Both the position numbers and the translations under genes were made by a program. This document shows positions 1 to 9,752 of a DNA stretch of 64,000 nt, piece by piece. How positions within the stretch are numbered: position 1 is the first letter of the stretch; the number at the start of each line of letters is the position of its first letter. This DNA comes from an uncultured Chloroflexota bacterium (lineage in GTDB: Bacteria > Chloroflexota > UBA11872): the NCBI GenBank assembly GCA_958296175.1, contig OY282448.1, forward strand, positions 719,899 to 783,898. The letters run 5' to 3'. The notes beneath the pieces were generated by a model. That model made no database searches and was not told the origin of the DNA. It saw only the letters and a list, made by a program, of their open reading frames with translations.

Positions 1-2
1 CG

Positions 3-287
3 CCCGACGATCTTGCCCAGCGGCTGCGCACGGCCAACGGCGGCGGGCTGCAGCTGCAGATGATCAGCAACCGCGGGGCGCAGGTCTGGCCGGTGGCCGT
101 GGCGCGCAGCTTGCTGGTGGACCACTGGCGCGCCCGCTTCACAGGCGCCAACGGCGCGGAGGTCAGCCACGCGCAAATCGCCGCGCTGCTGAGCCGTGTG
201 GGCGCCGCCGGGTTGGACTTCATCAAGACCGAAAACCTCTGCACGTTCGACGGTCAGCGCAGCTATTCGCTGGCGCAGGGGGAGTGA
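3..287 (+). CDS. hypothetical protein, C-terminal fragment (gene starts upstream of window)
   Basis: Frame open from the window start to TGA at 285-287; 95 aa visible, no recognisable family. Lies immediately upstream of purE but does not look like a PurK C-terminus. Confidence 0.3.
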   Translation, partial: PDDLAQRLRTANGGGLQLQMISNRGAQVWPVAVARSLLVDHWRARFTGANGAEVSHAQIAALLSRVGAAGLDFIKTENLCTFDGQRSYSLAQGE

Positions 288-294
288 GGCCGCC

Positions 295-792
295 ATGCAC
301 GCACCAACCGAATCTCCGCGCGTCGGCATCGTGATGGGCAGCACGTCCGACTGGGACGTGATGCAGCGCACTGCCGCGACGCTGGCCGACTTTGGCGTGC
401 CCTACGAGGTGCGCGTGCTTTCGGCCCACCGCACGCCCGACGAAACGGCGGTCTGGGCGCGCACGGCCGACGAGCGCGGCCTGCGCGTGCTGATCGCCGC
501 CGCCGGCGGCGCGGCGCACCTGGCCGGGGTGGTGGCCGCCCACACGCTGCTGCCCGTGCTGGGCGTGCCCATGCAGGCCTGGTCGCTGGACGGGCTGGAC
601 TCGCTGCTGGCCATGGCGCAGATGCCGCGCGGCATTCCGGTGGCCACGCTGGCCATTGGCAGCGCCGGCGCCGTCAACGCCGCCCTGCTGGCGCTGGAAA
701 TCCTGGCGCTGAACGACCCCGACCTGCGCCAGCAGCTGGCCGACTTCCGCGCCCGCCAGGCGCGCGAGATTCTGGACACCCAACTCGAATAG
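295..792 (+). CDS. purE: N5-carboxyaminoimidazole ribonucleotide mutase (PurE)
   Basis: ATG at 295 preceded by GGGGGAGTGAGG. Protein [24 protein letters not shown]...VLSAHRTPD...[16 protein letters not shown] matches the PurE/AIR carboxylase fold and motifs. Confidence 0.9.
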   Translation: MHAPTESPRVGIVMGSTSDWDVMQRTAATLADFGVPYEVRVLSAHRTPDETAVWARTADERGLRVLIAAAGGAAHLAGVVAAHTLLPVLGVPMQAWSLDGLDSLLAMAQMPRGIPVATLAIGSAGAVNAALLALEILALNDPDLRQQLADFRARQAREILDTQLE

Positions 793-1065
793 AGCGCCGC
801 CGTCTGGAAACGTCCCTGCACGAGCGGGTCGGGGCCGCCGGCCGGCCGGCGGCGCAAAGGTCGACGCCGGCGCCGGACCGCCCGTGGCGGACCGAGGCGG
901 AGGTATGGGGGTAACGCCGCTCCCCACTGGGCGCCGTTCCGCCCGCGGCGGACGGGCCCTGGGATCTCGGAGAACCAGCCCGACGCGGCCACTGTGGTCT
1001 CGCCCGCGGCTGACGGGTCCTGACCTCGACGGATTCTGGACGGGGGTGAGCAGCGCCTTGGGGGG

Positions 1066-1093
1066 TTGACAGGCGCTGCCTGCTGTGTAGTAT
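1066..1093 (+). promoter_or_regulatory. consensus sigma70-like promoter driving a leaderless or near-leaderless transcript of the XRE regulator
   Basis: TTGACA at 1066-1071, a 16-nt spacer, TAGTAT at 1088-1093, and ATG at 1103 only about 9 nt past the -10 element. Confidence 0.5.
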
Positions 1094-1102
1094 GTAGGAC
1101 AC

Positions 1103-1456
1103 ATGACGCATTTCGGCGCAGTCGTTCGAGAGGAGCGCGAGCGTCTCCGGCGGCGGGATCGGCGCTTTTCCCTGCGGCAGGTGGCGCTGCGGGTCGGCGT
1201 CGAGCCGGCCTACCTGAGCAAGATCGAGCGCGGCCGGGTCCCTCCGCCCTCCGAGGCGGTCACGCGGCGGCTTGCCCAGGAGCTGGGGCAGAACCCCGAC
1301 GTGCTGCTGGCGCTGGCGGGCAAGGTGTCTGGCGATCTGCTGGCCATCATCCGCGCGCGGCCGCGGCTGTTCGCGGAGCTGCTCCGCCAGCTCGAGGAGG
1401 CGCCCGACCACGCCGTCCTCCGCGTGGTGCGCGAGGTGCGCGACGGCGAGTGGTAA
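1103..1456 (+). CDS. XRE-family helix-turn-helix transcriptional regulator
   Basis: 117 aa; [39 protein letters not shown] is a classic HTH_XRE motif. Confidence 0.8.
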   Translation: MTHFGAVVREERERLRRRDRRFSLRQVALRVGVEPAYLSKIERGRVPPPSEAVTRRLAQELGQNPDVLLALAGKVSGDLLAIIRARPRLFAELLRQLEEAPDHAVLRVVREVRDGEW

Positions 1457-1503
1457 CCGAGGAACCAAAGCCCCCCGAGGCAAACAGAGGAGAACGCGCC
1501 CCC

Positions 1504-2505
1504 ATGATCACGCTCGACGACGACCGGCTGACCTTTCGGTTTCCCGACGTGCACGCGAAGGCCGTGCTGACCATCGAGCTGCAGCGCACGCTGCGCATCC
1601 CCGACCACGACGAGGGTCTCTACGGACTGCCGCCCGGCCTGGGCCGTTTCCCGCTGCGGCACCTGGACGACTACGCGGGGCGCATCCCCGCGGCGCAGCT
1701 GCGCCGCGGCGGGGTGATCACGCCCATGTACCAGGCCGAAGCCTTGTGGATCGCCTTCGAGTCGAGCGCCGACTACCCGTTCGCCGTGAAGGTCGCGGCC
1801 GGCAAGGTCTGCGCCATCAGCGGCGGCGGCTGGATGGGGCATCTCAACACCGACCCGCAGGACTACCTGGCGGCGCCCGACCAGCCCTGGCTGGACGGCT
1901 TCTGCGTGGAGGAAGGCGTGGTGCGCCAGTTCGTGGCCATGCCGCTGGGCCAGGGCTACACCGCCGAGGAGCAGCTGACCGGCGAGGCGCAGCACGGCGG
2001 CCTGCAGCTCATGGTGTTTCCCATGAAGGCGGACCGGTACGAGGACCAGTACGAGGAGCACGAGCGCGGCATGGTGATGTCCGCGCCGCCTCCTCCCGCC
2101 GCCGACATGGGCCTTGCCCCCGGCGGCCGCATGCGGCAGCAGATCTACGCGGACGACTACGGTCTGGACGCCTGGGACCAGCGCCGCTCCAGCCGCTGCT
2201 TCGTCACCATTGCCAACTCGCGCCAGTGGCTGTCCATCACCGGCGAGCGCCCTCCGACCGAGCCGCCCTCGGCGCGGGCGTACACCGAGGCCGGCCTCCC
2301 CTGGTTCGATTACTACGCCGGCGACGCCGCGGCGCTGGCGGGCGCGGACAAGCTGCACGGCCTGGCCAGCGTGGCGCAGACCGCCGCGGCCGCGGGCGAT
2401 GCGCCGCCGCCCGACAACCAACCGCTGGCCGCGCCCCGCGTCGTCACGCTGCGCCGCAGCGACACGGCCCAGGTGCGCGAACCGTCCGGCTGGGACACCT
2501 ACTGA
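1504..2505 (+). CDS. conserved hypothetical protein (unknown function), likely co-transcribed with the XRE regulator
   Basis: ATG at 1504 preceded by GAGGAG. 333 aa, coherent codon usage, no family recognised by eye. Confidence 0.6.
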   Translation: MITLDDDRLTFRFPDVHAKAVLTIELQRTLRIPDHDEGLYGLPPGLGRFPLRHLDDYAGRIPAAQLRRGGVITPMYQAEALWIAFESSADYPFAVKVAAGKVCAISGGGWMGHLNTDPQDYLAAPDQPWLDGFCVEEGVVRQFVAMPLGQGYTAEEQLTGEAQHGGLQLMVFPMKADRYEDQYEEHERGMVMSAPPPPAADMGLAPGGRMRQQIYADDYGLDAWDQRRSSRCFVTIANSRQWLSITGERPPTEPPSARAYTEAGLPWFDYYAGDAAALAGADKLHGLASVAQTAAAAGDAPPPDNQPLAAPRVVTLRRSDTAQVREPSGWDTY

Positions 2506-2586
2506 CTAACGCCGCGCGGCGGCCGCAGGTGCGGGAAGCGCCGTCGTACGGCGATACTGTCGGGACGCGCATCCGGAGACTCGCCC

Positions 2587-3864
2587 ATGCACCGGCTGGC
2601 CATCGAGGGCGGCCCGCCCGCCGTCACCGCGCCCGTCGACGACCGGTGGGCCGACGTGACCGAGCGGGAGCGGCGCGCCGTGCTGGCGGCCCTGGAGGAC
2701 GAGAATTACGGCTACGACCAGATCGAGCGGTTCGAGGACGAGTTCCGCGCGTTCGTCGGGGCGCGCTTCGCCCTGGCGGTGTGCAACGGCACGGCGGCGC
2801 TGCACTCGGCCATGTTCGCGGCCGGCGCCGCGCGGGGGCGCGAGGTCATCGTGCCCTCGCTCACCTGGCACGCCTCCATCTCGCCGGCGCTGCACTGCGG
2901 CGCCGCGCCCGTGTTCGCCGACGCCGACCCGCAGACGTTTTGCATCGACCCCGCCGACGTGCGCCGCAAGATCACGGACCGCACCTGCGCCATCGTTGCC
3001 ACGCACGTTTACGGCGCCCCCGCCGACCTGGACGCCCTGCGTGACATTGCGGACGGCGCCGGCGTCACCCTGATCGAGGACGCCTCGCACGCCCACGGCG
3101 CGCGCTGGCGCGGACGGCCGGTCGGGGCCGTCGGGCACGTCGGCTGCTTCAGCTTGCAAGCCTCCAAACCCGTGAGCGGCATCGAAGCCGGCGTGGTAGT
3201 CACCAACGACCCGGCGCTGCACGACCGCATGGCCGCGCTGGGGCATTACGGGCGCGTGGACCGCCTGCTGCAGACCGACGCTTTCCGCGCCTTGGGCCGC
3301 GTTGGCCTGGGGGTCAAATACCGCGCCAACCCTCTGGGCATCGCCCTGGCGCGCGCGCGGCTGGCGCGGCTGCCCGACCTCAACCAGCGGCGCGCCCGTT
3401 GGTTCGCGCGGCTGGACGCCCTGCTGGACGACGTGCCCGGCGTCCATCCCCAGCAGACCTACGCCCCCGCCGAGCGCGGCGGCTATCTGATCTACGCCGT
3501 GCGCCTCGACCCCGCCGCGCTCGGCGCGCCTCTCGGCTCGATCCTTCGGGCGCTGGCCGCCGAAGGCGTGCGCGTCAACCCGGACCAACCCTCCGGCCTG
3601 TACGGCGCCATGCATCGACACCCGCTGTTCAGCGACTTCCCGTTCGACGGGCTGGGCGGCCCCTGGGGCGATCTGCCTGCGGACACGCGCCAACCCCTGC
3701 CGCCGGGCAGTCTGCCCGTGAGCGAGCGGCTCAACGCCGCGTGCGTCTGGCTCCCCACGCCCGTCGACCCCGCCGACGCCTGGGTGGCGCAGGTTGCCCA
3801 CGCCTTCGAAAAAGTGGCCGCGCACGCCCCCCGCCTCCGCCGCCTGTCCGCCCGCGGCGCATGA
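2587..3864 (+). CDS. DegT/DnrJ/EryC1/StrS-family PLP-dependent aminotransferase
   Basis: 425 aa with ALAVCNGTAALHSAMFAAG...REVIVPSLTWHAS...GCFSLQASKPV (PLP-lysine context) and DASHAHGA, typical of sugar aminotransferases. Confidence 0.85.
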   Translation: MHRLAIEGGPPAVTAPVDDRWADVTERERRAVLAALEDENYGYDQIERFEDEFRAFVGARFALAVCNGTAALHSAMFAAGAARGREVIVPSLTWHASISPALHCGAAPVFADADPQTFCIDPADVRRKITDRTCAIVATHVYGAPADLDALRDIADGAGVTLIEDASHAHGARWRGRPVGAVGHVGCFSLQASKPVSGIEAGVVVTNDPALHDRMAALGHYGRVDRLLQTDAFRALGRVGLGVKYRANPLGIALARARLARLPDLNQRRARWFARLDALLDDVPGVHPQQTYAPAERGGYLIYAVRLDPAALGAPLGSILRALAAEGVRVNPDQPSGLYGAMHRHPLFSDFPFDGLGGPWGDLPADTRQPLPPGSLPVSERLNAACVWLPTPVDPADAWVAQVAHAFEKVAAHAPRLRRLSARGA

Positions 3865-3928
3865 CGCGCGCGAGGCGCGGCCGCGAGGCAGCCGCCCCCG
3901 GCCTCGCGGCCCGGCCGGCACCCGGGCC

Positions 3929-5997
3929 GTGAATCGGCCGGCGCCGGCCACGCTGCCGTTTCGGGCGCGGGGCGGCAACGAACGGGCGCGGCTGGAAGTC
4001 AGGTTCCATCCGGCGGCGGGGGCCGCGGTGACGGGGCCGGATCTGCGCCTCACGGCCGGGGCGGTTGGCACCTGGGAGTTTCGAATCACCGTCCAGACGC
4101 CGGTCGCGGCCGGCGGCGGGTTCCTGTTCGAACGCTACGGGTTTCTGCTGGCGCACCGCGTGCAAGACGACCGGCCGCGGGGCCGCGACTTTGCCGTGCT
4201 GCATGCCAGCGCCGCCGCGCAGGTGCGGCTGGAGCTCAACACGCTCAACCAGTCCCACTGGCCCTCGTTTGCCCGCATCGCGGCGGCCGACGGCGCGCTG
4301 CGGCCCGGCGACGAGCTGCGGCTGCTGGTCGGCGACACCAGCCAGGGCGGGCCGGGCAGCGAGGTCTCCGACGTGACCTGCAACGGCCGTATCGTCGTGT
4401 CGATGGACCGCAGCGGCGGCCTGGACTACCGCCAGCTTTCGGGCGGCGAGGCGCGCCTGCACGTGGCGTCCGACCCCGCCCCCGCGCTGCTGCGGCTGCT
4501 CGGCCCATCCATCGCGCAGGTCGGCGAACCCTTTGCGCTGCACCTGGCCGTCTACGACCGCCACCACAACGTCTGCACGCAGTATCGGGGAACCATCGAG
4601 CTGCGCCCGGCGGCGGGTCTCCAGGGGCTGCCGCGCCGCGTGGAGCTTGGACCGGCGGACGCCGGCGCGGCCGTGATCGACGGCGTGTCGGCGTCCGCGC
4701 CCGGGCTGGTGCGTATCGAGGCGCACGACCGCGCCCGCGGGCTGTCCACGCGCAGCAACCCGCTGCGCGTGGAGGCGGCCCCGGCCGCGCGGCTGCTCTG
4801 GGGCGACCTGCACTCGCACAGTTGGGGCGACGTCAGCATGAGCCTGATGGACGACCCCACGCCGATGCTGCACCCGGCCGGCCGCCACGCCCAGGCGCGC
4901 GGCCAGGCGCGGCTGGACTTTGCGGCCCCCGGACCCATGGCGCCGCCCGATCAAGACCAGCGGCCCGCCGTCTGGCAGGCGCACCAGGACGCCCACCGCG
5001 CCAACGACCAGCCGGGCGCGTACGTCCCATTTCTGGCCGCCGAAGCGCATCCCCAGGTCGGCGGCGACCGCAACGTGATCTTTCGGGACTGGGCCGAGCG
5101 CCACGCGCCGGCCTTCGTCGACATGGACGAGCTGCTGGCGGCCTACGGCGGCCGCGAGGACGTGCTGCTGGAGGCGCACGTGGGCGGCGGGCCGGCGGAC
5201 TGGGAGGCCTACCCCACGGCGCACGAGCCGCTGGTGGAAGCGGCCAGCGGGCACGGGGCGGCGGAATGGCTGCTGCAGCGCGCCCTGCGCCACGGGCACC
5301 GGCCGGCCGTGATTGCCTCCGGCGACACCCACCTGCCCACACTGGCCGCCCCCATGGCCGCGCATCATTTTCGGGGACGCTTTCAGCGCTGGCTGCGGGT
5401 GCGCGACGCGGCCTTCGGCTGCGGGCCCGTGGCGGCGGTGCGCGCCGCGCGCTGCGAGCGCGGCGCCATTTGGCAGGCGCTGCGCGCGCGGCGCACCTAC
5501 GCCACTACCGGCGCGCGCATCATCCTGGAGGTGCGCGCCAACGGCCACCCGGCGGGCAGCGAGATCGCCCTCGACGCCGCGCCGCGCCGCTGCCGCAGGC
5601 CGCCTATTACGTGCGTCTGCGGCAGACCGACGGCGAATACGCCTGGAGCACGCCGATCTGGGCTGCATGCAGCCTGGGCGCCCCCGCCGCCGGCCGCAGC
5701 CTGCCCGCCTGGAACCGCCACGAAGCCATCGACCTGGACGCCGCGCATCCGAACGACGCCGAACCCTACGCCCCGCAGCTGCGCCAATACCTGGAGGACA
5801 ACGAGGACCCGAGATTGTTCCACCAGATCACCCCGATCCGCCTGGTGGACGAAGTCCCCGGCCGCGCCGCGCTCTTCTACGCCTACCTGGGCGGCGAGCG
5901 GGACCCGGTCTCGATCCGCTGGTACTTCGAGTTCCCCATGCCGCGCCTGCGCCTGGACTGGGGCTGGCGCGACTTTGGGATGAAGGACGGAGGCTGA
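3929..5997 (+). CDS. DUF3604-like / PHP-type metal-dependent hydrolase-like protein, with an apparent frameshift near 5585-5600
   Basis: Body lies in the frame of ORF 3794..5983 (LLWGDLHSHSWGD...TGARIILEVRANGHPAGSEIALDAAP). The C-terminus (AAYYVRLRQTDGEYAWSTPIWAA...WYFEFPMPRLRLDW) lies in the frame of ORF 4822..5997. The switch falls inside the gccgcgccgcgccgc repeat. Start assigned to GTG 3929, which is uncertain. Confidence 0.5.
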
Positions 5998-6163
5998 CGA
6001 CGGGGGCAGCCAGCGGCTCGCTGCCAGCGGCCTGCGGCCGCAAACCCACCGCTCTGTTCCGCAGGTGGTAGCCTGCCGTGACGGCCGTTCTCGGAAACGA
6101 CCGGGCGAACGGCGCATCGCGCTTGCAAACACGCAACAATCCAGGAGGGCGCGGCTTCCAGTG

Positions 6164-8710
6164 ATGACGAAACGACTCGTTCTGGCGGCGGTTGCCGTCG
6201 CCGTGCTTCTGTCTGCCGCGGTCTCCGCCGCCCTGGCGCAGTGGCCCACGACCTGCGTCGAGCTGAACGACCTCGCCGAGGCCGCCGCTGGCAACGTCGA
6301 CAACGTCGGCATCTATCAGCGCACCTACGGCGAACAGGCCGAAGCCGTGTGTCAGGCCGAACACCGCAACGACTTCTTCTTTGGCGCCCGCCCGTTCGCC
6401 ACGCCGCCCAAGACCGACCCGGCCGGCTTCACCCAGGCGTTCGTCGAGCGCGCCATCGACCGTTACAACGCCGACGGCATGCAAGCCGCGATCGACTACT
6501 ACAACGCGCCCGAGAGCATGGACGGGCGCTGGTACGTCTTCATCGTGGACGCCGACGGCGTGACGCGCGCCCACCCGAACCCGGAGATTCGCGGGCGCCG
6601 CGTCACCGACGTGCGCGGCCTGGCCGGTTACCCCAACGGCGCGCTGATCGCGGCCGCCGCCGCCGAGGGCGGCGCCTGGACGTCCGACGTGCTGACGGGC
6701 GCGGACGGCCAGCTGGAAACCAAGCACTACTGGCTCGTGCGCTACGACGGGCTGATCTTCGGCTCCGGCTGGTACGAACCCGGCCCCTCCAAGGCCGACG
6801 ACCCCGCCGCCTACACGCAGACCCTGGTGCAGCGCGCCGTGAGCCTCTACGACGCCGTGGGCCGCGACGAAACCTTCGCCCACTACGGCTCGCCGCAGAG
6901 CGTGGACGGCCCCTGGTACGTCTACGTCGCCGACGCGGAGGGCACGCTGCTGTCGCATCCCATCATGCCGGAGCTGGTGGGCGTCGAGGATCTGCGCGGG
7001 ACGGACGGCTTCCCCATCGCCCGGCAAAGCGCGGCCGCGGCCTCCGAGGACGGAGGCTGGGTGCACTACACCTGGACCAACCCGGAAACGGGCACGGCGC
7101 AGACCAAGCATTCCTGGAACGTCCTTCACGACGGGTTGATCTTCGGGTCGGGCTGGTACGAGCCTGCCCCGACCAAGGACGACCCCGCCGCCTTCACCCA
7201 GGCCTTCGTGCAGCAGGCCGTGAACCTCTACGAGGCCGCGGGCCGCGACGAAGCCTTCGCCTACTACGGCTCGCCGCAGAGCGTGGACGGCCCCTGGTAC
7301 GTCTTCGTCGTCGACGCCGGCGGCGAGCTGCTGGTCCACGCCGCGTCGCCGCAGCTGGTTGGACAAAGCCTGCGCGGCCCGCTGGGCACCGACAGCGCCG
7401 GCTACGCCTTCGGCGCCGACATCCTGGCCGCCGACGAGGCCGGGCGCTGGGTCAGCTACATCTTCGACAACCCCGAAACCGGCCAGGCAGGGCTCAAGCA
7501 TTCCTGGGTCCTGCGCCGCGGCGACCTGATCTTCGGCACCGGCTGGTACGAACCCGTCAGTGACGCCGCAGCCTTCACCCAGTCCTACGTGGCCAAAGCC
7601 GTGCAGGTGCTGGAGACCGACGGGCGCCAGGCCGTGCTCGACTACGCCAACGCGCCGGCCAGCGTGCAGGGACCCTGGTACACCTTCATCATCGACCGGG
7701 CCAGCGGCGCCATCGTGGCGCACGGCACGCGCCCGGAGCGCCTGGGCCGCACGCTGGACATCCTGGTGGATGTCTCCGGCTACCACTACGGCGCGGACTT
7801 CGCGCAAGCCACCGCTCAGGGCCGGTGGGTGGACTACATCTTCCTGAACACCGTGACAGGCGCCTACGAGCAGAAGCACTCGTGGGTGGTCGAACGCGAA
7901 GGCCTGATCATCGGCTCTGGCTGGTACGAACCCATCGACCGCGATGCCGACCCCGCGCGCTTCACCCAGGCGTTCGTGGCCAAGGCCCTGCGGCTGCACG
8001 AGACCGACGGGCGCCAGGCCGCCATCGACTACTACAACGCGCCGGCCAGCGTGCAGGGACCCTGGTACATCTTCATCATCGACAAGGCCAGCGGCGCCAT
8101 CGTGGCGCACGGCACGCGCCCGGAGCGCCTGGGCCGCACGCTGGACATCCTGGTGGATGTCTCCGGCTACCACTACGGCGCGGACTTCGCGCAAGCCACC
8201 GCTCAGGGCCGGTGGGTGGACTACATCTTCCTGAACACCGTGACGGGCGCCTACGAGCAGAAGCACTCGTGGGTGGTCGAACGCGAGGGCCTGATCATCG
8301 GCTCCGGCTGGTACGAACCCATCGACCGCGATGCCGACCCCGCGCGCTTCACCCAGGCGTTCGTGGCCAAGGCCCTGCGGCTGCACGAGACCGACGGGCG
8401 CCAGGCCGCCATCGACTACTACAACACCACCGCGAGCGTGGACGGCCCGTGGTACGTCTTCGTCGCCGACGCCAGCGGAGAGATGCTGGCCCACGCCGTG
8501 TCGCCGCAGCTCATTGGCCAAAGCCTGAGCGGCCCGCTGGGCACCGACAGCACCGGCTACGTCTTCGGCGCCGACATCCTGGCCGCCGACGAAACCGGGC
8601 GCTGGGTCGACTACGTCTTCCTGAACCCCACCACGGGCCAGGAAGGCACCAAGCACTCCTGGGTCGTGCGCCGCGGCGACCTGATCTTCGGCTCGGGGTG
8701 GTACGAGTAA
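6164..8710 (+). CDS. secreted protein with an N-terminal two-Cys module followed by six tandem single-Cache (sCache_2-like) domains
   Basis: ATG 6164 preceded by AGGAGG. Signal peptide MTKRLVLAAVAVAVLLSAAVSAALA. Six repeats of roughly 129 aa, each with YNAPxSVDGPWYVFxxDxxGxxxAHxxxPExxG...GxWVxYxxxNPxTGxxxxKHSWVxxxxGLIFGSGWYEP, which matches the sCache_2 pattern. No TM segment and no output domain. Confidence 0.8.
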   Translation: MTKRLVLAAVAVAVLLSAAVSAALAQWPTTCVELNDLAEAAAGNVDNVGIYQRTYGEQAEAVCQAEHRNDFFFGARPFATPPKTDPAGFTQAFVERAIDRYNADGMQAAIDYYNAPESMDGRWYVFIVDADGVTRAHPNPEIRGRRVTDVRGLAGYPNGALIAAAAAEGGAWTSDVLTGADGQLETKHYWLVRYDGLIFGSGWYEPGPSKADDPAAYTQTLVQRAVSLYDAVGRDETFAHYGSPQSVDGPWYVYVADAEGTLLSHPIMPELVGVEDLRGTDGFPIARQSAAAASEDGGWVHYTWTNPETGTAQTKHSWNVLHDGLIFGSGWYEPAPTKDDPAAFTQAFVQQAVNLYEAAGRDEAFAYYGSPQSVDGPWYVFVVDAGGELLVHAASPQLVGQSLRGPLGTDSAGYAFGADILAADEAGRWVSYIFDNPETGQAGLKHSWVLRRGDLIFGTGWYEPVSDAAAFTQSYVAKAVQVLETDGRQAVLDYANAPASVQGPWYTFIIDRASGAIVAHGTRPERLGRTLDILVDVSGYHYGADFAQATAQGRWVDYIFLNTVTGAYEQKHSWVVEREGLIIGSGWYEPIDRDADPARFTQAFVAKALRLHETDGRQAAIDYYNAPASVQGPWYIFIIDKASGAIVAHGTRPERLGRTLDILVDVSGYHYGADFAQATAQGRWVDYIFLNTVTGAYEQKHSWVVEREGLIIGSGWYEPIDRDADPARFTQAFVAKALRLHETDGRQAAIDYYNTTASVDGPWYVFVADASGEMLAHAVSPQLIGQSLSGPLGTDSTGYVFGADILAADETGRWVDYVFLNPTTGQEGTKHSWVVRRGDLIFGSGWYE
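7651..8424 (+). repeat. near-identical 387-bp tandem duplication inside the sCache gene (two copies, 129 codons each)
   Basis: cgcgccggccagcgtgcagggaccctggtaca begins at 7651 and again at 8038. The copies differ by only a few substitutions across about 387 bp. Confidence 0.85.
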
Positions 8711-8800
8711 CCGCCGCGCCGGGTCGAGGCCGCCTGGGCCCGGCGGCGCGCGCGGCCGCGCCGCCAGACGTCCAGGCGCGCGTCGGCTTCGGGCCCCGCC

Positions 8801-9151
8801 GTGGCTGACCCGCGCGGCGTAGTGCAGCGGCATTGGGACGCCGTGCAGTCCGGCGACTTCGACGCCATCGCCGCCGACTATGCGCCCGACGCGCGCTTCG
8901 TGCGCCCGGGCCTGACCACCGCGGGCCGCCAGGGCTGCCGCGAGTTCTTCGCGCGGCTCTTCGACGAGCTGGACGGCTTCCAGGCGCGGCAGGACTCGGT
9001 GACCGTGGACGGCGACGTCGTGCTGCTGGAATGGTCCGCCGCGCACGCCGACGGCCGCGCGGCCCGCGGCGTGGATACCTTCGTGGTGCGCAAGGGGCTG
9101 ATTCAGACGCAGACGCTGGCGTTCCACATCACGCCCGCAGCCGACGGCTAG
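8801..9151 (+). CDS. SnoaL-like / NTF2-like domain protein
   Basis: 116 aa. HWDAVQSGDFDAIAADYAPDARFVRPG...VLLEWSAAHADGRAARGVDTFVVRKGLI is typical of a SnoaL-like polyketide-cyclase fold. Confidence 0.6.
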   Translation: MADPRGVVQRHWDAVQSGDFDAIAADYAPDARFVRPGLTTAGRQGCREFFARLFDELDGFQARQDSVTVDGDVVLLEWSAAHADGRAARGVDTFVVRKGLIQTQTLAFHITPAADG

Positions 9152-9155
9152 ACGG

Positions 9156-9752
9156 ATGCCGGGCAGCGGCGTCGACGACGCCCTGCGCGCCCGCGTGCGC
9201 GCGGAGTTGCCCGAAGTCGCTCTGATCCGCGACTCCGCCCTGGCCGATCGGGTCGTGGAGGCGTGGGCGCTGGCGCTGGCGCGCAGTTCCTTCGACGCCA
9301 TCGCCGACATTCGCGCCTCGGGCAACCCCGACACCCCGCCGCTGACGCAGGGCACGCAAACCGACCACATTCGGGGCGTGACGCGCCTGGCCGTCGCCAT
9401 CGCCGACCAGCTGGTCGGCCAGTTCCCCGGCCTGGCCGTCGACCGCGACCTGCTGATTGCGGCCGCCCTCTGCCACGACGTGGGCAAGCCCTGGGAATTC
9501 GACCCCGACAACCAGGCCCGCTGGTCTTCCCAACGGGCGCGCACCGGCTGGCCGTCGATCCGCCACCCGGCCTACGGCGTGCACGTCTGCCTGACGGTGG
9601 GGCTGCCCGAAGAAGTGGCGCACGCCGCCGGCGGCCACTCCGGCGAGGGCGAGCTGATCCAGCGCAGCCTGATCAACCAAATCGTCCACCAAGCCGACTA
9701 CGCCTTCTGGAACGTGCTGCGCGCCGGCGGAATGCTAGAGGCGGACGGCTAG
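9156..9752 (+). CDS. HD-domain phosphohydrolase
   Basis: 198 aa with the AALCHDVGKPWEF HD motif and downstream His/Asp residues. Confidence 0.75.
   Translation: MPGSGVDDALRARVRAELPEVALIRDSALADRVVEAWALALARSSFDAIADIRASGNPDTPPLTQGTQTDHIRGVTRLAVAIADQLVGQFPGLAVDRDLLIAAALCHDVGKPWEFDPDNQARWSSQRARTGWPSIRHPAYGVHVCLTVGLPEEVAHAAGGHSGEGELIQRSLINQIVHQADYAFWNVLRAGGMLEADG

Noticed and set aside
3-287. Assumption that the gene upstream of purE is purK
   Set aside because: The visible 95-aa C-terminus does not resemble PurK/ATP-grasp C-termini; left as a hypothetical fragment.
8711-8800. Possible terminator hairpin cgccggg...cccggcg after the sCache gene
   Set aside because: The stem is short relative to the GC background and there is no U-tract; not distinguishable from chance here.
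5828-9544. 1238-aa minus-strand ORF, plus other very long ORFs (12011..14221 +, 14594..16327 -, 21699..24134 -, 19295..21808 +, 47570..50791 +)
   Set aside because: These are products of about 70% GC, where stop codons are rare in wrong frames. The translations are Arg/Pro/Gly/Ala low-complexity and overlap genes with clear family signatures on the other frame or strand.
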